In this document: positions 57,816 through 64,000 of the stretch, piece after piece
Layout: each line of letters opens with the position of its first letter
How positions within the stretch are numbered: position 1 is the first letter of the stretch
From: a virus
DNA length: 64,000 nt
Virus record (IMG/VR): IMGVR_UViG_3300026484_000053
Span: 64,001-128,000 of that record
Reading direction: 5' to 3' (one strand)
The notes under the pieces: model-generated
Database searches by the model: none
Told to the model about the DNA's origin: nothing
What the model saw: the letters and a program-made list of their open reading frames with translations, nothing else
Made by a program: the position numbers and the translations under genes

Positions 57816-57846
57816 ATAGCCAGATCTTAATTGGTCTGGCTATTTT
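57816..57846 (+). terminator. Rho-independent terminator after gp23
   Basis: atagccagatc-ttaatt-ggtctggctat stem followed by T residues. Confidence 0.8.
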
Positions 57847-57875
57847 AGTTTAGGGTATATTAACAAAAATAATTA

Positions 57876-57904
57876 ATATTCCTTTAATGTCTTTATGTTA
57901 TAAT
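57876..57904 (+). promoter_or_regulatory. Extended -10 early promoter
   Basis: ttaat...tttaat...TGTTATAAT (TATAAT at 57899-57904). Confidence 0.65.
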
Positions 57905-57984
57905 TATATATGATAAACACTTATATACTTATATACTTATACGTAAGTTATAAAATTTATTAAATATTAAACAAACGAGACAAA

Positions 57985-58938
57985 ATGACAAACGCAACAG
58001 TAACAGCAGAATTTAATGGAAAAGAACTTACAATTAATCAAGTCAAAGATGGTAATATATCTTTTAATATAGGCAATACACCTGTTACTAGAAAATTAAA
58101 AGACGGTTCTTTTAAAATATCAGGTAACAAATACAAATACTGCCCAGTAGCTAATACTATAACATCATTTGATGATTCAAATGATTCAAAAATAATGTCA
58201 ACATATACAATGTTAACAACACGTACAAAGCCACTTTTTAATATTAATCAAAGATTTGACTTTTTAGGTAACTTTGTAAATATGGTAATTAAAGATATCA
58301 CAGCATCTTTACTTGTTCACGGAGAAGGTGGTCTTGGTAAAACACACACAATTAAAGAAAAACTTTCAGAAGCTAATTTAGTTGAAGGTGAAGACTATAT
58401 TTTTGTTAAAGGTTATAGTACAGCAAAAGCTCTATATAATACTCTATATGAAAATTCTACTAAACTTATTATCTTTGATGATTGTGATTCAGTTCTTCAA
58501 AACGCTACGTCTTTAAACATTCTTAAAGGTGCTTTAGATAATTACGATAAAAGAATTATTTCTTGGTTAAGTGCGCCTTTATTTGGTTCAGAGATACCTA
58601 ATAGCTTTGAATTTACAGGTAGAATTATCTTTATCAGTAACTTAAGTTCTGCAAAATTAAATCAAGCTGTTAAATCAAGAACGCTTGCAGTTGACTTAAG
58701 CATGAGCACACAAGATAAGTTAGATAGAATGAGAAATATTCTTGAATTTATCGTACCTGAATACTCTATAGAATTAAAGACAAAGGTTCTTGACTTTATA
58801 GATACGAATAGAAATATTTGCGCCGAATTAAATATGAGAACTCTTGAAAAATGTACTAAAACATTTTCATATTACGAGGGAATAGGTTTAGAAGACCAAG
58901 GTTTTGATGCTATTAAATACTTATTAAGTGCTGAATAA
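57985..58938 (+). CDS. P-loop (AAA+-like) ATPase
   Basis: GEGGLGKT Walker A, IIFDDCD Walker B, IIFISN sensor, KSR arginine finger. Confidence 0.85.
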   Translation: MTNATVTAEFNGKELTINQVKDGNISFNIGNTPVTRKLKDGSFKISGNKYKYCPVANTITSFDDSNDSKIMSTYTMLTTRTKPLFNINQRFDFLGNFVNMVIKDITASLLVHGEGGLGKTHTIKEKLSEANLVEGEDYIFVKGYSTAKALYNTLYENSTKLIIFDDCDSVLQNATSLNILKGALDNYDKRIISWLSAPLFGSEIPNSFEFTGRIIFISNLSSAKLNQAVKSRTLAVDLSMSTQDKLDRMRNILEFIVPEYSIELKTKVLDFIDTNRNICAELNMRTLEKCTKTFSYYEGIGLEDQGFDAIKYLLSAE

Positions 58939-58961
58939 CAAAGTAATAAATGTAACGCTAA

Positions 58962-58991
58962 AATAGCCAGGTCAACTAAGATCTGGCTATT
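58962..58991 (-). terminator. Terminator hairpin between the convergent ATPase and gp18 genes
   Basis: aatagccaggtc-aactaa-gatctggctatt; near-inverted copy of the gp23 terminator. Confidence 0.8.
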
Positions 58992-59018
58992 ATGGTTTGT
59001 GAATTCTGAGAGGAGCTA

Positions 59019-61244
59019 TTAAACTCCTCCTACAACCTCACTAAATTCAGTTCCAGTACCTACAGCTACAAAGCTTAAGTTAATAAATTCTGCAGTTCTA
59101 CTAGGTTTTATAAACAGAGCAGCATTAAACTCGTTATTATCAAGAGACTGAGCAGTGTTATTTGTTTCGTCACATTGTACGTAAAAGTCATAAACACCTC
59201 TTCCAGCTTTAACACCTGCTAAGAATGGAGATACTTCATTAGTAAATCTACTTCTTGTAAACGAATCATTAATTTCGAATACGTAGTTTTGAGCAGCTCT
59301 TTCTACAGATCTCTTTAAGAAGTTAAATAACGATCTTACATTGATTCTTGTAAATGCACTTCCAGCAACACCAGTCATTGTATATTGACCCCATATTACG
59401 TTACCTTTACCAGGGAATGAAGTTACAATGTTAGCTTTCGCTCTAGCAATAAGTTCTCTTTGTCCAGCATTTGGAACAAACGCAAGTTTGTTAATACCTT
59501 TAAGAGCACCTCTTTGAAGACCTGCACTAGCATCCCATACATTACCATTTTCATTAGCTTGAGCTCTTAAACCAGCAGCATGTCCAGCTACAGATACCCA
59601 TCTGTTTTTATCGTTATATTTATCATACATTTCAACATAGTTACCATATAAAGCACAGTAAGAAGTAGCGTTATTGTTCATTTCACCAGTTTGAGCATCT
59701 TCAACGATAGCACTAACAGCTTTAGTACTTGAAATACCAACACAATCTTCGTATCTTGAACCAGCAAAAGCAATAGAATCTTTTCTAGTATCAGCAATAG
59801 CGCAAGCAGCAGTTCTATTAGCTTCAGCAGCAATAATAGAATCTACGATAACTTCTTCTTTATTAGCAAATACTTCGTAAGCGTCAATGTAATCTCCAGC
59901 ATTAATTAAACCTTCACTACCGTTAGATAATTTAATAGGTGATTTACCTACTAATGAAGCAATTCTACTTTCAGGCATTAATACATTAGATGTATTATCT
60001 TTAGCATAAACTATAGTACTATATTTGTTTAATACGTTTTCAATGTAAACACTTTTACCAGCAGCATCTTTAGTACCTTCAATAAGTGATACAATAAATG
60101 TTTCTTTTACTTCACCGTTAACTCTGATAGCAATAGCAATTTCTTTTTTACTTTCAAGTGGTTTCTTAATGAATAATTCATTTAAAGAAATACCTGTGAA
60201 CGCAGTAGCTTCACCTGATGCAAAATCAGCTTCTCTAGCAATAGCAATTTCAGTACCGTTAAAGTAATCTCCACAAGATTTAGCTATAAACTTAATTTTA
60301 GAATCTGTACTTACAGGAATAGATACTTCTCTAGAAGCGTAATCTGTTTCGTTACCGATAAAAATTCTGTTAGGGTATAATTCAGCAGCAGTTTTAAGCA
60401 CTGTACCTTCAGCAGCAGCTTCAACGAATGGATTACAAGCAAAGTCTTTAACAAGAACTTCAGCACCTACGTTAGCAATAGTAGTAAAATCAGTAGCGTC
60501 GTCAAATACTAACTCGTAAGATTCACCAGGTACATTTTCAGTAGTTGTTTCTAAAGTCATAATAGTTGAACTTGAATTTACATTATCCATAGCAACACCA
60601 GCAACAGATGCAGTAATAGTAATAATATTAGAACTAACAGAAATATTAGTAGCGCTTGCATCAACAGCTTCAAGTAAATCACCTAACTCAGTAGCTACTG
60701 TACTAGTAGTGTCTGTGTCATTAGCTGTATAAGAAACGTCTGTACCGCTAACATTTAATGTGTATACGTTAGTATCAGCAACAGAATCAATAGTTAATGT
60801 ATCAACTTGTTTTTGAGCTTCAACAGGAGCTTCAATAGCAGTAATCATATATTGGTCTTCAGCATCAGTTGCGAATCTAACTAAAGATCCAACTTGCATT
60901 TTTGACGGTACGTTTTGCACTTCAACTTTACCTAATTCGTTAACAGCAGTTACAGTGTTAGTTGTACTTGTAAAAGTACCGTTTACATCAACAACTCTAG
61001 AAACTAATATAGTACCTGAATACTTTAAGAAAGAATCAACTTGGAACCAATCATTAAAATTAGAATTAGTAGGGAATCCAAAGTTTTGAGTAAAGATGTC
61101 GTGACTAGTAACAGCTACTGGTTGTCCAACAAATCCTTTAGTAAATTTTCCAGCAAATGCTCCGATTGCTGCTCCAAGTGGTGTAATAACTGTACTTAAA
61201 TCAATTTCTTTTGATCTAACTCCAGCAGAGGCGTAATTTGCCAT
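59019..61244 (-). CDS. gp18: Tail sheath protein gp18
   Basis: SAGVRSKEIDLS, F.G.F.KG, RKDSIAF, Y.EMYDKYND..RWV, INVRSLF.FLK..V, E.ND.FTR.RF, IKPSR.AEFI. Confidence 0.97.
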   Translation of the reverse strand: MANYASAGVRSKEIDLSTVITPLGAAIGAFAGKFTKGFVGQPVAVTSHDIFTQNFGFPTNSNFNDWFQVDSFLKYSGTILVSRVVDVNGTFTSTTNTVTAVNELGKVEVQNVPSKMQVGSLVRFATDAEDQYMITAIEAPVEAQKQVDTLTIDSVADTNVYTLNVSGTDVSYTANDTDTTSTVATELGDLLEAVDASATNISVSSNIITITASVAGVAMDNVNSSSTIMTLETTTENVPGESYELVFDDATDFTTIANVGAEVLVKDFACNPFVEAAAEGTVLKTAAELYPNRIFIGNETDYASREVSIPVSTDSKIKFIAKSCGDYFNGTEIAIAREADFASGEATAFTGISLNELFIKKPLESKKEIAIAIRVNGEVKETFIVSLIEGTKDAAGKSVYIENVLNKYSTIVYAKDNTSNVLMPESRIASLVGKSPIKLSNGSEGLINAGDYIDAYEVFANKEEVIVDSIIAAEANRTAACAIADTRKDSIAFAGSRYEDCVGISSTKAVSAIVEDAQTGEMNNNATSYCALYGNYVEMYDKYNDKNRWVSVAGHAAGLRAQANENGNVWDASAGLQRGALKGINKLAFVPNAGQRELIARAKANIVTSFPGKGNVIWGQYTMTGVAGSAFTRINVRSLFNFLKRSVERAAQNYVFEINDSFTRSRFTNEVSPFLAGVKAGRGVYDFYVQCDETNNTAQSLDNNEFNAALFIKPSRTAEFINLSFVAVGTGTEFSEVVGGV

Positions 61245-61365
61245 GTGTTTGTCCTTTGTCTATTAAATAGACACGCATAAAGTATAGGTAGACAATTTTT
61301 AATACAACTGCGTTAAATTGTAACCTCTATTTAGAGATGTATTGTTCTATATTCCTATCTATGTT

Positions 61366-61373
61366 TATTTATA
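61366..61373 (-). promoter_or_regulatory. T4-type late promoter of gp18 with long leader
   Basis: TATAAATA on the minus strand about 120 nt upstream of the ATG. Confidence 0.75.
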
Positions 61374-61412
61374 TAAGACAACGCTACGCAATGTTAGCTA
61401 AGTTGTTAAAAA

Positions 61413-61451
61413 AGATTTAATACAAGTTGTGTTATAATATACTTATAAATA
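61413..61451 (+). promoter_or_regulatory. Combined early (TGTTATAAT) and late (TATAAATA) promoter
   Basis: TATAAT at 61433-61438 and TATAAATA at 61444-61451; shares tgttataatatacttataaa with the 10.9/11.7 kb repeats. Confidence 0.7.
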
Positions 61452-61468
61452 AATTTAAAAGGTGCATT

Positions 61469-62149
61469 ATGAAAACACTTAGAGAAATACTACATGAGCG
61501 TAGAGAAGAAATAAAAGATTTAAGCGAAGTAGATAGACTAAGAGCATTAGCTGAAGCTCCTGTACATATGCATGGAAATGCTCCATTCGAGGAGGTTAGT
61601 TTTACAAAACTAATGGATGTAAGTAATAAAATTATGGACAACGACTTTAGCTTAATATCTAAAGACTTCATTACAGTAAATGATGGTAAATTATCATTAT
61701 ATAAAGCGAACTATGGAGAATATTTTAGACTTGGTACATATCACAAAGACACAGAAGAAAAAAGTAGATTTGCTGTTATATTTTCATTAGTATTTAAAAA
61801 AGAGAAGTTCAAATCTAACCAAAAACAATTAAAAAACAAAAATACTGTTATTATAGAAACTGTTCATACAGCTAAAGAGTTTAGAGGTAATAAAATTACT
61901 ACTAAAGTATATGAACTTATTATGAAAGAAAATCAAATAATGTCAGATAGCATACAATATGACGGTGCAGTAAACTTATGGAAGAACTTTATAGCAGACA
62001 AAAACATGGTAGTATGGATATATGATTCTCTAGAAGATAAGATAATTTCTAAAGCAACACCTAAAACAGATATATCTTCTATTTGGAGTAACGGAGATGA
62101 AAGAAATTATAGCAAAATAAGAATTAGACTAATAGCTCAATATCTGTAG
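61469..62149 (+). CDS. GNAT-fold acetyltransferase-like protein
   Basis: True start MKTLREILHE (AAGG RBS); IETVHT.KEFRGNKITTKVY (motif A) and IMSDSIQYDGAVNLW. Confidence 0.65.
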   Translation: MKTLREILHERREEIKDLSEVDRLRALAEAPVHMHGNAPFEEVSFTKLMDVSNKIMDNDFSLISKDFITVNDGKLSLYKANYGEYFRLGTYHKDTEEKSRFAVIFSLVFKKEKFKSNQKQLKNKNTVIIETVHTAKEFRGNKITTKVYELIMKENQIMSDSIQYDGAVNLWKNFIADKNMVVWIYDSLEDKIISKATPKTDISSIWSNGDERNYSKIRIRLIAQYL

Positions 62150-62191
62150 CGTTATATGTAGCGTTATATGTGCGTTATGTGCGTTATGATG

Positions 62192-62199
62192 TATAAATA
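62192..62199 (+). promoter_or_regulatory. T4-type late promoter with no ORF for about 200 nt
   Basis: TATAAATA. Confidence 0.65.
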
Positions 62200-62204
62200 G
62201 TATT

Positions 62205-62400
62205 CACTTGTTTAACTAGCAAGCGGTTATCTGCAACTGAATCGTAGAAGGGAGATGCTTAGCAGCATAACACCAAAGATTATCCTTGGGATATTATAAA
62301 CTAGCTAGTACGTATTAGTTATGCGTACGCCTTTATTAACATTCACTGTTGCAATTCGCAGCGTTACACTTCGTAAAAGTATTACACCCAGCAGCTCTAA
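62205..62400 (+). ncRNA. Candidate structured non-coding RNA
   Basis: GC-richer intergenic stretch; closing stem 62232-62242/62341-62353 encloses hairpins 62255-68, 62281-93 and 62308-28. Confidence 0.4.
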
Positions 62401-62493
62401 AGATATAAACTTATGAATACTGCATATACTCCATATAGTGCATATACTCCATATAATGCATATAGTGCACTACACTATATTATAAATAATTAT

Positions 62494-63036
62494 ATGAAAA
62501 AGATATCTAAAAACAAATTAACACCACAAGAACAAGAAGCAGAAATAATGATTAAAGATCTTATTAAAAAGCCAAAGTTATTAAAAGCTTCTGACTTTGC
62601 TGTTGGAAATATAGTTATGTATAGTTATACAGCTAAAACAGTTAATATATACGACACAACGCCTCTTTCTTTTATTCTAGGTAAAACTCAGAAACACATT
62701 TATGGTATAAACATTAACTGGATTCCACCAGCACTAAGAAAGGGTATCATGAAAATGATATTTGACAGTGCTAAGAATAAGAAAAATGTTAAACAAGGTA
62801 AACCTATTGAAGTACCTAAAATGCTTGTTAAAAAGATATTTAGAATGGGAGTTCCTGCATTTAGAAAATACATTAAAAAGAGAGTATCGAAAAGAGGTAT
62901 TGTTATTCCGCATCATATGTATAACAAAGTTACAGATTTAAGATCTGAAAATTTTACTGGAATATCATCTCAAGATGCATGGAAAATAGCAGTAAGTAAG
63001 CTTAAAAAGAATAAAAGAAAGGTATCTAGGAAGTAG
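62494..63036 (+). CDS. gp2: DNA end-protector protein gp2
   Basis: Y.AKT...YD..PL, GINLNWIPP.LR, FRKY; own TATAAATA at 62481-62488. The track start at 62413 lies in an 18-bp repeat. Confidence 0.8.
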   Translation: MKKISKNKLTPQEQEAEIMIKDLIKKPKLLKASDFAVGNIVMYSYTAKTVNIYDTTPLSFILGKTQKHIYGININWIPPALRKGIMKMIFDSAKNKKNVKQGKPIEVPKMLVKKIFRMGVPAFRKYIKKRVSKRGIVIPHHMYNKVTDLRSENFTGISSQDAWKIAVSKLKKNKRKVSRK

Positions 63037-63038
63037 CG

Positions 63039-63581
63039 CTAGATCCAATACTGTGTGAATTCATGCTTTATATTAGCTTCGCTATAAGGATATATTTCGC
63101 CTTTATCTAACACATATAATTCAAGATTTTCGTTTATAAAAATATTAAAATATTTGTCCTTATTTCTAGCTACTCCGAAAGCACTATTATGAAACCTTGA
63201 AGATTCGAATACAGCTTTAAGATGTAACGCATCGTTTTCACCGTCTACGCCTTTAAAAGCTTTAGCAATTTTTAATATATCACTTAACATAACTGTATTG
63301 ACTTTATACTTAATGTTAAATAAAGTCCTAGCTCTACTACATTTCTTAATAACTTCTTTTACAAACACTTCATCTACTTCTTTAGCATACGCATCGTTTA
63401 AAACTACGCCAAATATTTTAGATTTTTTCTTAAGTTCTAATTCTTCTCGCATACCATTTATTTGTTCATTCATTTGTAAGTTTTGTAATTCGAAATACGT
63501 AATCTCATTTTTTAGATTCGCTTTATTAATTCTTTGCTTCGTTAATAAAGTGTTAAGGTTAATAATCGTTGCGTCCTTCAT
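63039..63581 (-). CDS. Hypothetical protein (possibly N-terminally frameshifted)
   Basis: 180-aa ORF; see the finding on the A5 tract at about 63653-63657. Confidence 0.6.
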   Translation of the reverse strand: MKDATIINLNTLLTKQRINKANLKNEITYFELQNLQMNEQINGMREELELKKKSKIFGVVLNDAYAKEVDEVFVKEVIKKCSRARTLFNIKYKVNTVMLSDILKIAKAFKGVDGENDALHLKAVFESSRFHNSAFGVARNKDKYFNIFINENLELYVLDKGEIYPYSEANIKHEFTQYWI

Positions 63582-63684
63582 AGCATTATTAACCTTTAAA
63601 CCTTCTAATAAAGAAGAGGCATGTATTTCATTAGCCCAACAACCTTTACTTATTTTTCTACATACTCTTTTAAAAAATTCATAA

Positions 63685-63969
63685 TTAGCAAGCGCAACTT
63701 GTTTGTACTTGTGAAATAAATTCTGCTGTTTTTTTATCTTTAACGTCTAGCATTATACCTTTAAGATTAAGTGCAGGTATTAATCCATTTTTAATAGATA
63801 TCGTCTTAGGTATAGATCCGTTTAACGAATAATGCACCGTCTTTTTAAGCATCATTTCTATATTTGTCATAACAGAAGTATCGTTGTCAAGTTTTAATAC
63901 TATCCATCCACCTCCAGTCTTTATTGCACTTTTTTCATGTAATTCCACGTATTCTTTAAATGTTATCAT
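63685..63969 (-). CDS. Hypothetical protein with internal-protein-like N-terminus
   Basis: MITFKEYVELHE...; GGGAG RBS. Confidence 0.6.
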   Translation of the reverse strand: MITFKEYVELHEKSAIKTGGGWIVLKLDNDTSVMTNIEMMLKKTVHYSLNGSIPKTISIKNGLIPALNLKGIMLDVKDKKTAEFISQVQTSCAC

Positions 63970-64000
63970 TTAGTAACTCCCTTATATTTTTAATAAATGT

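Noticed and set aside
1-64000. tRNA/rRNA genes, group I/II introns, reverse transcriptase, integrase/invertase, transposase, holin
   Set aside because: No convincing T-loop cloverleaf, YxDD RT motif, recombinase motif or intron core was seen. This is a by-eye search, so tRNAscan/Infernal/HMM runs are needed to be sure.

Overview
This AT-rich window (roughly 30% GC by eye) comes from a large T4-like myophage. It is mainly the virion morphogenesis region, with T4 gene order scrambled. Recognisable T4 homologues are the terminases gp16 and gp17 (gp17 with a mini-intein in Walker A), portal gp20, prohead genes gp21/22/23 plus a capsid paralogue, neck gp13/14, tail gp3/15/18/19, baseplate gp5/6/7/25/26/27/29/48/51/53/54, gp2, gp4 and endonuclease VII, plus an M15 endolysin. 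About 15 T4-type late promoters (TATAAATA) and several extended -10 promoters with periodic upstream TTTAA tracts are visible; the latter point to a Campylobacterota-type host (inference). Non-T4 accessory blocks are the most interesting parts. (1) 8.8-17.4 kb: a multi-stem structured element, a protein with T7-RNAP/PolA palm motifs, a promoter-repeat-flanked cassette with a CLec protein whose 3' end looks like a DGR variable region, and two tandem UL9-like SF2 helicases. (2) Three mosaic tail-fibre/C1q/chaperone modules that share near-identical DNA blocks, one of them inverted. (3) An early three-gene operon: Pol-beta-type nucleotidyltransferase, PD-(D/E)XK nuclease and an RNA-ligase-like/HIGH-nucleotidyltransferase fusion. 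(4) Candidate head-packaged effectors (GNAT, HExxH) and a candidate stand-alone late ncRNA. All assignments come from motif recognition by eye; no database search was run. I found no tRNA, rRNA, CRISPR array, integrase, transposase or reverse transcriptase.
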